64,000 nt of DNA from Macrostomum hystrix (taxonomy: Eukaryota > Animalia > Platyhelminthes). Shown one piece after another: positions 33,671 through 46,276 of the stretch. Position 1 is the first letter of the stretch, and every line of letters starts with the position of its first letter. The stretch lies in contig CATNEN010000002.1 in the NCBI GenBank assembly GCA_950097015.1, forward strand, positions 3,844,001 to 3,908,000. Reading direction: 5' to 3'. The notes beneath the pieces are model-generated. The model saw only the letters and a program-made list of their open reading frames with translations. It was not told where the DNA came from and did no database searches. A program made the translations under genes and the position numbers.

Positions 33671-35633
33671 AATGAACAGCTTTAGTTTATTTGATTTTCT
33701 TAATATGTAAGTGCAAAACTATACTACTTACTTAGTAGAGAATCGGAACTTTCACAAGCACATATGAGTGTTTTGCTGTGATCACAGACAAATGACCCCC
33801 AGTCAACTCCGCTGGTTCCTGATCACACAATCACACACATTAAATATCTCCCACTTCATCTCTTTAACATAGAGAAAAATATAAATAAACAAGGAGACTT
33901 TGAAGCGTTTCAGCCAAAGCTTGAGCTTGTTTTGATAAAGAAGGTAAAAGCGCAGGACAGCAGGGCTTATTCGTGAGCACTGGCTCACAGATCTCAGCAG
34001 TATTCTTTGAAGTAAAATTTATTTAGGCAGAAGAAGTTCAGCAGTTTATTAAAAGAAATTCAGGGGCATTGTGGACCAACGCGGGACCGTTATTTAGGCA
34101 GAAAATTAGGAAGAAAAAAGCAAGGGAAAATGGCCGAGGGAATACGACAAGGAATAATTAAAAACATAAAAAATAAAGCAACAGAAAACGACATCAGCAC
34201 AGGTGAAAATCCACGGCTCACAAATTCAGTGCGAAAATTGTAGATTTCTCAATACCAAAAAGTATTCAAGTCGTCAGTCTTCGTTTGTTTTCAAAAACTA
34301 GGCAAACAGTAAAACAAAATAATTTTTCCGGGAATTCGTCAATACAACTTTGCGATGTTTTCTAAGAAAGTCAACAATTTGTCTCTGCGTCTAAACACAA
34401 ATTCTTCAAACAAAAATTTGACATTGTTGGATAATATCGAAGTTCTTTTGATGATTTGAGCAACTGAGACAAGTTTGAAAGTAGACAAAGAAATAAAAGT
34501 ACAAGTTACAGGAGAATAATTATTCGGTTATGATGAGCTGATCATAGAAACTCAAATGAGACAATTTTAGAGAGTAAAAAATCTTTAAAATTTGAAACAA
34601 TTTTCAACGTCCAGGACGTTTTTCTCAGCATTTTACTCGTAGAACAAAAAACTAAAACTAATTCTCTATTTTTGTTTGTTTATTAAAGCAAAAAGTTTGT
34701 TGCACTAACTATCTAACATGAGTTCTACTTGCAATTTCACAGTTTAATTAAGCCGAAACAGACAAAAATAGTGAAGAGAACTCTGAAAAAAACTTGGTAC
34801 GACCAATGAGATTGTTTTGAAGGAAAACACGAAATTTTTAGGGCTTTTGACGTTTAAGTTATTCTTGATTTGTCGATTTCTTGTGAGCATTCATAAGATT
34901 CTTGTCGTGGATTCAAACCAATATTCAGATTCTGAGAATCAAAAGCCCTTTTAAAGAAAGCGACAGAAAATAAATGAAGGGAAAAATAAACCAGTGAGCC
35001 GCTACTGATAGAGTTAGTAAAAGCAACAGAAAACAGAAACAAGGAGCAGATTTGTGTAGGCTAAAAGCACAGATTTATGAACGCGTAATGAAGAAAGCTC
35101 TCAGATCTTCAGCTGGTTTTTTTGGTGCTGGGCAAACTAAAAACTGAGGACGAAAAATGTAAAAAATAATCGAAAAATAATCTCTTAAAATATCAATAGT
35201 GCTGGGTAGAAATATTCTAATCAACTCTGAGATCACAGACAAGCGCACGACAAAAAGGAACTAATTGGGTAAACAATTAATTTTGACCTACTCTGAAAAA
35301 ATTATACTACTGCTAGTAAGTAGTCGAAGCGTACATTCTTATCAGCCCAGACGGAATCACGTGGCTCGGGGGTTCTAAATCTCTGCAATTCAAATTGTAA
35401 TTCACACAGTAAGTTAGAGAGACGAATGGCAAAGAAAGCAAAAGGAAAGCAACGAAAAACATTTTGCTTGTGTCAGCTGTTTGGGGTTAGCAAAAAATAT
35501 CTTCCCCTAATTAGAAGCTTTGCTCACATAATTGTAGTCACAGCAGTTTTTGCGCCTACTTCTATTCTGTCACTAGATCGCTTACGACAGGCCCTACAAA
35601 AAACTCATAGTTTTGGGGTCTAAATGTAGCCAT

Positions 35634-38600
35634 TCAGTAGGATCCCCGAGGAGCCATCGGGAAGGTCTTGCGAATGCCGAGGCACTTCTCGCGGTCGATA
35701 AACAGCGAGTTGTTCTTCACCGACAAGTCGTGCTCCAGGGCGGACTTGGCCTTCAGCAGGTGCTGCAGAGCGTTCTCGGCTTCGCGCAGTTTCACCTGCA
35801 GCTGTTCGACAGTCTCGCGGATTTCCTGCACCTCAGTCACCAGCCTGGAGTGGGGTGCGGTAGTCAGATGTACATTACGTCTATTTTTAGAAACATGGTC
35901 TTTTAAAATTATTATTAGCGACCACGTGACCAAGCTTATCTATTTTAAGCAACCTCGCAGTTTTTTCTGAACAGTCCGCCGATGCCCACCTCACTCCATC
36001 TTCTGATTGGCTAAAAGGTAATCTATTTTTAGAAACACCGCAGTTCTTTGTAAATTATCCGAGACGCACCCTCTCTTCGCGATCACTCTTGAAATTAGAT
36101 TTTTTCCCGCATAAAACATCATTCATTTTTGCTAATTGAAGGACAAAAAAGAGGAGCAACAAAAATATCGGGTATTTTTTAGACTTATTTTCACAATCTC
36201 ACCTGTACTGAGCTGGGTCGCGGCACAGCTCAACATTTGGCCTGTGCGACCGGGTCTCTAGTCTGGTCTGGGCCACCTGGTAAGGCGCCTCCTTGTCCTT
36301 GATAGATTTCTTCAAGAATTCAATGTTCTTCTCCATGTCGAAGATCTCCTGTAGCACCTTGCCCAGGTGGGTCTGCAGCTTGTTCCTGGCGTCCGTGCAC
36401 TCCTGGACCCGCTCGCTGAGCGCAGTGTTGACACAGTTGAACTGCTTCCACATGTCGTTGGCGCAGTCGTTCAGCACCTTGTCGAGTTCAGCGCGCAGAT
36501 TCTTGCTGGCGGCCCGCTCCGCCTGCGAGCGCTGAATGTTTTCGTTGCTGAACTTGGCCCAGGTCTCCGGCACTGACAGACTGCAGGTGACCGTGTTGGC
36601 CAGTTAGCAATGTCCTGCTGCTACTGTGAGTAGCACAGTCGAAATATTCTCATGATATTGTTTCGAGAGTACTCACGTTCTGTCCACCTGCTCGATGCCG
36701 TTGTGGAAGGAGATGCCGCCTGAGGTGTTGCGCAGGCCGTGACACTTTTCGTCAAGGTGCTGCGCCGAGAACTTATCGGCGGTGTCCTTCTCGAGCTCGT
36801 GCTGAGCTGCCCGATTTAGGCTGCGGGGTTGGAGTTGGATACGCAATGAGATTAAAGTGCACGGATGTTGGAGTGCCAGACAGTTCACTGTCTAGTTCGT
36901 GTTAAAGCAAGTTGCACATGGAACTCACTTGAGCTGCACATTGGCCTTGTCAATCACGGCCCTGATCTTGTCCTGGCACTGCTTGATCACGTCAACCTCC
37001 TATGGGAGAGTCCGGTGATGGATTTATTCAATTTTTTGTCAAGTCGATTGACAGGTCAAAGCCCAGATCTTACCCGCTCTTCCTTACTATAAAAAATATT
37101 ATAAAAAAGAAGATAGCTGCTTTGGAGAAGCAATAAAAAGCAAAACCAAGTCCATTGCAGGTCTAGATGTCAGTGCATTGGATGTTGCAACTGACAAACA
37201 ATGGATCAATCTGTGTAGTGGCTTTTTAGAAAACGTCTCTTTAATGAAGAAAAAGTAAAATATATTTTTTTGCCATTAGGAATGCTTCCGCTAAAAGAAG
37301 GTTTATCGATTTTTGTAAAATGAAAAACTTTTTGGGAAGCAGAACACACTCTTAGCAACAATGTCCGTGAGATTCAGACAGACCGTGTTATGAGATGGAG
37401 GAAATTCTCTTATTACTAGCGGCGGGGCTTTGAGACAGAATGGAAGTTGGATCATACTCCAAGCCAGCATGACCTTATTCCGTCAGATGCAGCCTCAGCT
37501 TCAATGCTCACCCTTAGCAGGTCCTTCTCGACCAAGTCGTGCACCAGGTCGATACCCTGTCGCTTCTCCCTGTTGTACAGGCACTCCTGGGCCACGTGCA
37601 GCGGATTCTCAGTCTCACCGAGGGCCTTCTCAGCGATCCGCTTGGCCTCCAGCAGGCCGGAGATCTCGGACACCATGTTGTCTGTCTCGTGCTGCAGCTC
37701 GGTCTTCCAGAAGTTGATGTCGGTGACTCGTTCGCCGAGCCGCTTGCCGCTCTCCTCCTGAGCCCGCTTGGTTCGGTCCTCGCCTTCGCGGCACAGTCGC
37801 AAGGTGTCGTATCGGATGCGCTCCGCGTTGCCACGGACGCGATCCGAAACTGTATAGTTGCTAAGGTTGGCACTCATCCAGTCGTTGGGCGTGTAGCGGG
37901 TGTACAGCGCGTTGCGCGCAGCGGAGAACACCGGCGGAACCTTTGATGTTGGTAGGGGGTCGACAATTTTAGTTTGTTTTAAACTCTTATCAAGCAATTT
38001 TATATGGAAACAAAGCTTGAACAATGCATGGGGACGGTGGCCTAAGTGATTAACGCACTTGCCTCTCGCACTAATGTCCCTAAGCTCTATTCTGCGGCGA
38101 GGCCACATTCATTCGGGACCGGGGCGCGGCCGCGGAAAGAAGGCTTTAGGGCTTGTCGTGCAATTTGCGCTCTTGAGGGCCCACCACCAAGGCACAGTTA
38201 GAGTGTACACTGCCTGACTATGAGCACAGTATGAGTGTACACTGCCTGACTATGAGCACAGTATGAGTGTACACTGCCTGACTATGAGCACAGTATGAGT
38301 GTACACTGCCTGACTATGAGCACAGTAAGAGTGTACACTGCCTGACTATGAGCACAGTAAGAGTGTACACTGCCTGACTATGAGCACAGTAAGAGTGTAC
38401 ACTGCCTGACTATGAGCACAGTAAGAGTGTACACTGCCTGACTATGAGCACAGTATGAGTGTACACTGCCTGACTATGAGCACAGTAAGAGTGTACACTG
38501 CCTGACTATGAGCACAGTTTGAGTGTACACTGCCTGACTATGAGCACAGTAAGAGTGTGCACTGCCTGACTATGAGCACAGTAAGAGTGTACACTGCCTG

Positions 38601-39650
38601 ACTATGAGCACAGTAAGAGTGTACACTGCCTGACTATGAGCACAGTATGAGTGTACACTGCCTGACTATGAGCACAGTATGAGTGAACACTGCCTGACTA
38701 TGAGCACAGTATGAGTGTACACTGCCTGACTATGAGCACAGTAAGAGTGTACACTGCCTGACTATGAGCACAGTTTGAGTGTACACTGCCTGACTATGAG
38801 CACAGTAAGAGTGAACACTGCCTGACTATGAGCACAGTATGAGTGTACACTGCCTGACTATGAGCACAGTAAGAGTGTGCACTGCCTGACTATGAGCACA
38901 GTATGAGTGTACACTGCCTGACTATGAGCACAGTAAGAGTGTACACTGCCTGACTATGAGCACAGTAAGAGTGTACACTGCCTGACTATGAGCACAGTAA
39001 GAGTGTACACTGCCTGACTATGAGCACAGTATGAGTGTACACTGCCTGACTATGAGCACAGTAAGAGTGTACACTGCCTGACTATGAGCACAGTAAGAGT
39101 GTACACTGCCTGACTATGAGCACAGTAAGAGTGTACACTGCCTGACTATGAGCACAGTATGAGTGTACACTGCCTGACTATGAGCACAGTAAGAGTGTAC
39201 ACTGCCCGACTATGAGCACAGTATGTGCGCTCTCGTGTGTGCTTTCGAGTCAGCGGAATGGGCAGAATTGCCTCCTCGCTGGCTGCAGGTCTAGTGTCAC
39301 CATATAATGTGCCATTGCCCGCAGCCCTCCTGCAATTATTATTATTAGGCCTGAACCCTGAAAAGTTAGCCAACCCTCACCTTGATGCCCTCCAGCTCAG
39401 CCAGGTTAGCCCGGGCGCTCAGCGGTCCGGACTGGCTCTGCACCAGAGCTGCGGTTGGGCTCACTCGTGCCGTCTGGTAGTAGGTACTCGGTCTCCATGG
39501 CAACGAAGTCAGGGAACGCCTCAGCGGAGACGGCCCCGGCATGGTGTCGAAGGTCTTCTGCGCACCAACGGCGGGCAGGAATGACGCAGACTGGGCGGTG
39601 CGGGGCCCAGTGGTGTAGGTGGCAGTCTGTGTGTGGCCCAGATAGTCCAT
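35634..39650 (-). CDS. TEKT3: Tektin-3-like axonemal microtubule inner protein, 6 coding exons, about 500 aa
   Basis: Exons (minus): 39381-39650, 37512-37940, 36929-36999, 36677-36820, 36203-36580 and 35634-35844, all in frame (intron 1 uses an AAG acceptor). Contains the tektin signature RPNVELCRD, the TEKT3-type LPWRPSTYY and TRYTPNDW, and [18 protein letters not shown]. Confidence 0.95.
38030..39347 (+). mobile_element. SINE family B copy split by an internal tandem array, in tektin intron 1
   Basis: SINE head and body 38030-38200, array to 39224, then the SINE 3-prime half and ATT tail to 39347. Confidence 0.9.
38192..39224. repeat. 32-bp minisatellite, 32 copies (GAGTGTACACTGCCTGACTATGAGCACAGTAW)
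   Basis: GAGTGTACAC recurs from 38201 to 39193, exactly 31 periods of 32 nt. Confidence 0.98.
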
Positions 39651-39845
39651 TGTTGATTGTTCCGATCTGTGCGATATTCCTTTCGTCTGAGAACGTTCTA
39701 GTCGCTCAGAAAACTTGGCTGAAGTGGCGAAGCGTGCTTAGCAACTGCAGGCTGAGTAGAATTTAAAATTCTTGCTGAGAGCGTCAGCTTACTGAGTTCC
39801 CGCGGTTCAAATTCACCGCCAGTTGCCCTTGGGGAAGGACGCTCA

Positions 39846-39860
39846 GTTGCCATTAGCAAC
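39846..39860. promoter_or_regulatory. RFX X-box motif about 200 bp upstream of the tektin ATG
   Basis: GTTGCCATTAGCAAC fits GTNRCC-N(0-3)-RGYAAC, the known RFX site of ciliary genes. Confidence 0.65.
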
Positions 39861-41110
39861 GTGAAGAGGCGAGGCGAGGTAGAGGGGTCAGGCTGCAGCA
39901 GCGAGACGAGGCAAATGGAAGGAGAAAGAGAGAGGGAGAAATGTCTGTCCAAGTCGCTTGAGACAATGGGGGATACATGGAGACACCGTGTGGGAAACTG
40001 GACGAGCGGTTGGGACTTGGCTCTCGTCGCGGCGGTAACAACAGTCTGGAGGCTGTGCTGGCTGAAGCTGTGTGGGATAATTTCCCTTCCTATCCCCACC
40101 CTGCTCTATTGCCTCCCCCCCTGCCCCCCCCCCAATGCGCACTCATTTTAACTTGACATTCTCCAGTTGCAAGCCTCTCAATTCCGCCCGCATGGAGACC
40201 TGCTGCTGGCACAAAGTCCAGCAGAACAAAGGCGGGGTTGGCAGTTTCGCCAGCGTTAATTAATTATTAATAAGCCTGTCTTACCCCAAACTGGTGGCTC
40301 ATTCTGCAGCCCACCCCAAAAAATCCCCGCCAATTTAGGAAATGAATTGAAAAGGTGGTAGCCAGCAGCTGTGGACCCGCCTAGTCGACCCCTCCCTACA
40401 AAGCGTGTTTGACGACCTGGCAAAAAGGCAAAGCATCGTGATGTAATATCAAAGCATCGGTCTGCGAGTAAAATTTGAAGCCGTATGAGCCACAGGCTGA
40501 ATAAGAGACATGTCAGGGTAGGTCAGGTGGCCAGTTTATGATAGGATTATAAACGAAAGAAAATTCATTCAACGTTTGATTACAGAAAATTTTAGTTTAT
40601 ATTATTGCAAAGCAGCTTATTATTAATCCCAAATACAAATACCCGAGTTCTTTATTCACTTTGCCACATAGCTTTATAGATATTTGTTCTAGTGATGAAT
40701 ATTTATTTGTTTACTCTAAAGTAAATGAATATTTTATAAATGAGTATCTAAAAAGAAAGTTAATTTTTTAAAATATAAATTATAAAATTACAGAAAGTAT
40801 GACATGAATAAATTATATAGACACAAAGTATATATCTATTTATAGAAACGATTTCTGACAAAGTTTAGAACTTTTTGCAGTCTAAATTAAAAAAGTGAAC
40901 AGAAAGTCATCTATATAACATGAATAAACATAAAAAAATAAGACAGCTTACTCCAGAAGACGAAAGTGACGAAATATAAAGTCATTGTTTATATAGTTTT
41001 CTAAAAGTTTTTTGAGCTTATTGATAAATGCTTAATCTATTTTAAGCACAGTGCAATAGACCACGAATGTTACTCTGCTGTACCATAGGAAGATTATTTG
41101 TCTATGCATG

Positions 41111-41141
<31 letters not shown>

Positions 41142-41561
41142 CTTGCACGACTAAAGTGACTTCAAGTTGAAGACTATACAGACTACAGTAACTACATTCA
41201 TGAAAAAAAGTTTATATATTTGTAGAAAATAATCTGATACATACCTCTTTTGGTTACTGGCACAAAACTTAAATTCGGTCTCTCTTAGACTCTTATGAGT
41301 GCTTTTCAGAAAACAAATATTTTCATAAAAATAATAAGAGTTATATTTATTTTCATACAAAACTTGATATTGTTTTCGTTAAAACATTCATAAAAATTAA
41401 AAAATACTACACGCAGTGTTCTACAGAGTAAAGATAGATATTGGGTTCTCTAAACGTAACATTTGCTTTCACGGAATAACTTCATTATGTAACGGTGCTC
41501 GACACTCTCAACTTGGGGGTTGAAATAAAAATCTTCGTACAACTTAAAATAAAGCGCGATA

Positions 41562-41574
41562 GTTGCCCGGCAAC
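41562..41574. promoter_or_regulatory. Second X-box-like palindrome about 1.9 kb upstream of tektin
   Basis: GTTGCCCGGCAAC is a perfect GTTGCC-N1-GGCAAC. Confidence 0.4.
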
Positions 41575-42633
41575 GCGAAAATAGAACGTTTTTAAGTAAT
41601 TAGAATGCCAAACAACAGTTTTTTAGTTTTTATCTTTATTTCTAAATAAATTGCTTTAAATAAATTAATTCATCTGTATTTTTTGTTTTACCTAATATAA
41701 AAATGACGATATCCTAAAACATCGTTAAAAACCGAACAAACGTTTGTTAAGGGCAAACAAAAATTTTCAACAAAACGCATATTTTTATTCATATATAAAT
41801 ATACATATTAGTTAACCATAATTACGACTGAATGCTACCTTTTTAAGGCTCTGCTCAGCATAATCCTTTTGCAAAAATTGAATTTCTGTTTTTTGCAGAG
41901 GGTTATATTCTGTTATAGTGATACGTTTCCGTGAGGATATTGCTTGTATATATACACATGAGGAATAGACACCTGCTCTGATTCGCATGATACACTGCAC
42001 TACACCACTACGCAGTAGAAGTTATTTTAATTAAGAACCTTTATCGCGCATGCTAGCTATAATGTCTACAGGGTGATGAATGGGATGATTCGGCCAGGAA
42101 TTCTGAAGGTTTTTGGCCAGACTAAGATCGAGTCACCCCCCAAAATTGTGTGGGAGACACACGCTAACAGGATTTTAAAATAGACACAGGGGCCCGGCGT
42201 TGTAATTCGACATTTCAAGCCGAATGGGGGAGCAATTTAACAATCGTTTAAATTAATAACGAGAATATTCAGAAACAGATTGAACTGCAAAGAATGAGGT
42301 GATCTAGCTAGCTAGATATTTTCACATATGAATTCTTTTAATCTTTATTTTAGCTTCATAATCTTTTAAGTGGACGAGATTAGGTTTTGTTTAGTTCATA
42401 AAAATTGATTATGCATTGCAAATAACTGCAAGGCAATTGGATAGAAAACGATCAGAGTGTGCATGGCTTTATTATTTTATTTTTAGAATGAGTAATAATT
42501 ATAGTATTACAGTTTATAATTAAGTAACTCCTCAGAGACGATGCTGAAAATTACACACAGTGGGATTAGGATTAGTCAGTTGGGATAAATTGGGATAAAG
42601 CTATATAAGTATTCAGCATATTTTGCATTCGAA

Positions 42634-42951
42634 GAGGTTGTAGCCTAGTGGTTAGGGCGTCGGACTCACGACTTGAAGGTCGGGGGATCGGATCCCGACT
42701 CCACTGGAACAATTTGCGTCCTTTAGCAAGACACTTAACTCTGCATTGCTTCAGTTCACCCAGCTGTTAAATGGGTACCAGCATCAGCTGGGATAATTGA
42801 AGGTGGGTGTGGCGTCCCCCCCAGTCCGTGGACTGCACAGCTGTACGCAGCCTTCAGATGCGCCGCGCATTAGCTGCGGCTGTGCTGTCGGCTGCACATC
42901 TGACCCAATTGGGGCAGGTGTAATCAATTATTATTAATTATTATTATTATT
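42634..42951 (+). mobile_element. tRNA-derived CORE-type SINE (family A), full length
   Basis: A-box TAGCCTAGTGG, B-box-like GGATCGGATCCC, CORE-like block and an (ATT)n tail. It is colinear with the 33112 copy. Confidence 0.9.
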
Positions 42952-43169
42952 TGGATTTGAAAATTTATATGCTGGTCGAATAGTCGATAAGTTAAGATCA
43001 CAGATAATATATAACTGTGGTTATATATCGTCTGTGGTTAAGATAAAATATTCCCAGAAGTAGGCAGTAAATTAAAATGACGTTTGAAGGTTATTGGATC
43101 AAAAGCAGCTTGAATCAAGGTCAAATTGTCATTTACGAGCGTACAAAACTTTATAGCATTAGGTAGAGC

Positions 43170-44305
43170 CAGGGACAACTAAAACCCTCGGGACGCGAAA
43201 CGAGCCAATTCATGGCAAAACATCTGAGGGGCTCGCTTAAAAGTATTGTTCTATGGCTTTTTCAAGTTTTCTCTGCTATCAGGCATTAACGGTTAGATTA
43301 AATAGTAAAGCGAGGCAATGTCGAGTATTTAATTTAAATAATAGGAACCAGTGATATAGTTACAATGTATTTACAATAAAGTAACCGCCATATCAACAAA
43401 AAACTCCAACGGCAAGAAGATAAAAGATGAAAGCAAAGATATAACTCCAACGGCAAGAAGATAAAGGATGAAAGCGAAGATGAAACTCCAACGGCAAGAA
43501 AAAAAGAAGCAAATACGGAACTCCAAGGACAAGACGACACAAACAGTCAGTAGCTCGTACATAAAGGAAACGCTGGAACTTCACCTACTGAGCATCTAAC
43601 TTCCGAAGCATCTATCATGGGATGTCGTCGGTATTGGTGGGAGTTTTGACGAGCGTCTTACTAGTCCTTTGAAAAAAACGTTGGCTAGCCGACGGGACAC
43701 ACTGTCCATGCTGAACTGTGTCTTAGTTGGAAAATAAAAGTCCTTAATAACATAAAACAGCTTCTCCACGCGAGTTGCGCACGTAGGAGAGTGCAGAATA
43801 AAACTGCTGTAGCAGAGACAGGATAAGTCTAATGCTTTACGCACACGCCCATGCTGTCATTCACTCTCTAAAGTAATAAATTTTGGGTTTCAAGTGGTTT
43901 GGACGAGACTGGCATGCAGAATTGAAGCGGAATTATGCAGCAGTAATGACAGCAAATGATCTGGTTTCTTACCTGGAGAATATTTGGCAGCGCCTTTCTC
44001 CATCGCTCCCGCTCCTGTGGATCTCTGGGAAACGCAAATATCCGTGTTCGAACGGCTTCAGAGTTGTAATTTGACGAGCACGGAAATACGCTGCACTTTC
44101 TTGGCATTTCATCAAGTGAATAAAAAATGCTTCTCTTGATATAGTTCAGCTTAGCTTCACTGCTGGCCGCAGCTAAAGCAATTTTAATTTTCTTGATAGC
44201 AGAGAAGACTCGAAAAAGCCATAGAACAATACTTTTAAGCGAGCCCCTCAGATTTCTTGCCATGAATTGGCTCGTTTCGCGTCCCGAGGGTTTTAGTTGT
44301 CCCTG
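43170..44305 (-). mobile_element. Internally deleted P-element-superfamily (THAP) transposon, 1136 bp
   Basis: TIRs of about 110 bp starting CAGGGACAACTAAAACCC. Perfect 8-bp TSD GGTAGAGC (43162-43169 and 44306-44313). THAP exons 43973-44107 (MPRKCSVFPC...FAFPRDPQERERW) and 43829-43867 (RVNDSMGVCVKH-stop). Confidence 0.92.
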
Positions 44306-44899
44306 GGTAGAGCAACATGTTAGGCAAGTAATATCAAAATAGCTGCTTTGAATCTGCTCCAAATGAAAGGATGTCACCATTTAAATCTGAAAAAGTGTCA
44401 ATTTCCCATCTCCTTAGTGTATTTTTTCGAGAAAACCAGCCTTCAATTTTTTCGAAGAAACGTAGTTCCCCGTCCTTCTACTCCTAGTGGTCGTTGAGTC
44501 GACATCCCTAACACGTGATTTCTTATCGCCATGCAAGAACGCCACCGACACGAATGAAGGAGATATAGAATTCAGGGGATATAATTTGAGTTATGGCCCG
44601 GAATTGCAGCCAACACGCATGCTATTGGACAATTGTATCACCTGGGATACAACTCGGCGATACAACAATGCAAAATGTCTCCCTGCACTTCGTTTTCTGC
44701 GCTACCCACGCTCACTATTAAACATATTAATTTTAACTGAGGGCAATATAATATTGACTTTGACAATATAAAGGGAGGAACGATTCTCAACGCTGCCTGT
44801 GCAATTAATAAGTAAGAACTCAGACAGCCTTTGAACTACTCATTGGCAATAAAATTCATTTGAAGAGCAGCGGAACAATTCAAGCAGGCCACTATAACG

Positions 44900-46276
44900 A
44901 TGACCGCGCTGCTTCCACCCCTAATCCTCAGTTGCGCCTTCACCGTCGTCTTCGGTCGCCAATACCAAATGACTGGCCTCGGCTGCTTCAGAGACTACGT
45001 GAACTCCATTAGGGACCTCGGCAGACTGGCTGACTTCGGCTTCACGAGGCTCGGCAGCGTCAGCGGACTGAGTCAAGGCACCGCTGCTATCTTAAACACA
45101 GCGGGCACCATATGGAGCAGCCAGTTGACTCATAGGCTCTGCGGCGACATCTGCGCCCTCGGCGGCTTTGAGTACATCGGACTGCAGGCCGGAAATGAGT
45201 GCGGCTGCGGCAACACCTACGGCACTCAGGGCGACGCACCCGCTGGCGACTGCTCACGCGCCTGCCCCGGAAATTCATCGCAAAACTGTGGCGGAGGAGA
45301 TCGGAACTACGTCGTGAGACTGACCTACACCTTCAGTAAGCTCTGCGGCAGTCTGATCGAATTTCATGAAATTTGGTTTAATTTACAGTTGAAAGACCAC
45401 GGGAGGGGAATTTCAAATACCCACTGCCTATTTCACAATCGCTCCCAAGCCGAATCACAGATTTTCACGAAAGTCCACGATATGAAGCAAAATTTTCCGC
45501 TTTTTGATGAACTAACTTTCAAAGTCGTCCGAGTCAGCAATTCTTGTCGAAGACCCTGGTGACAAGTACAATCGCTCAGTACAAAGACAGCGAATCGTTA
45601 TTGGTTTAATGGTTGAATCAAACAAAAATATTTAACAATGATAGCCGACATGGTTACATGATGAAATTTTGTGAACAGAAAAATCATGCCGATAATGGTG
45701 GTTTTGCCACCAGACAACCCGACTAGAATCGTTGAATATCTCGAGGATGCCGATGTTTTGTGATTCTGGAAGTTGTTTCATCGGATTGAGCGGAAAATTT
45801 AAGCTTGAGTTCTGGATTTTCATGGCGATGGTTTAAAAATTTTGGTAGATACAGAAAAAATGTCGGTGCGGACCAGTTAAGACTGTCTTCAAATTAGTCG
45901 CATTTGGTCATTTTTGCGACTTTGGTTTGGTTTTGCGATTTTGGTCATAACCGTTGTGTGTCCTATTAGCCAGGCACCGTTGCCACGACCAACGTAGCCC
46001 AATACTCTCATCAATTTCTTAGTCAAACAATTATAACCGGCCAATCCTCAATCTCCAGAGGACAGTCAGTTCGTCCTGGGCAATCGCACATTCGTTGGCA
46101 TCAGCAAGCCTGACGCGCCAGCCTTCCGAACTGTCGGCGCCGCCCTGCTGACGGAGTGCGTCTACATGTGCGGCTCCGGCTGCCAGGCTGTGGTGTTCAA
46201 TAGGCAGCTGGGACTCTGCTACCTGCTGGAGTACGCGGTGGTGCCGACCGCGCTGAGCAGCCCCAGCACCGGATAG
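44900..46276 (+). CDS. Small secreted protein: signal peptide + WSC domain + PAN/apple-like domain, about 217 aa
   Basis: Exon 44900-45335 has a hydrophobic leader, LGCFRD, C..IC...GFEYIGLQAGNECGCGN and CSRACPGNSSQNCGG (WSC). Donor A|GTAAGC joins acceptor CAG|AG at 46059 in frame. Exon 2 has ECVYMCGSGCQAVVFNRQLGLCYL (PAN-like). Confidence 0.85.

Noticed and set aside
39698-40151. Overlapping short ORFs upstream of tektin
   Set aside because: Promoter-like GC- and purine-rich DNA with X-boxes; no splice or domain support.
42634-42705. tRNA-like sequence (also at 33112 and 38030)
   Set aside because: Continues into a shared SINE body and AT-rich tail and has degenerate stems, so these are SINE heads rather than tRNA genes.
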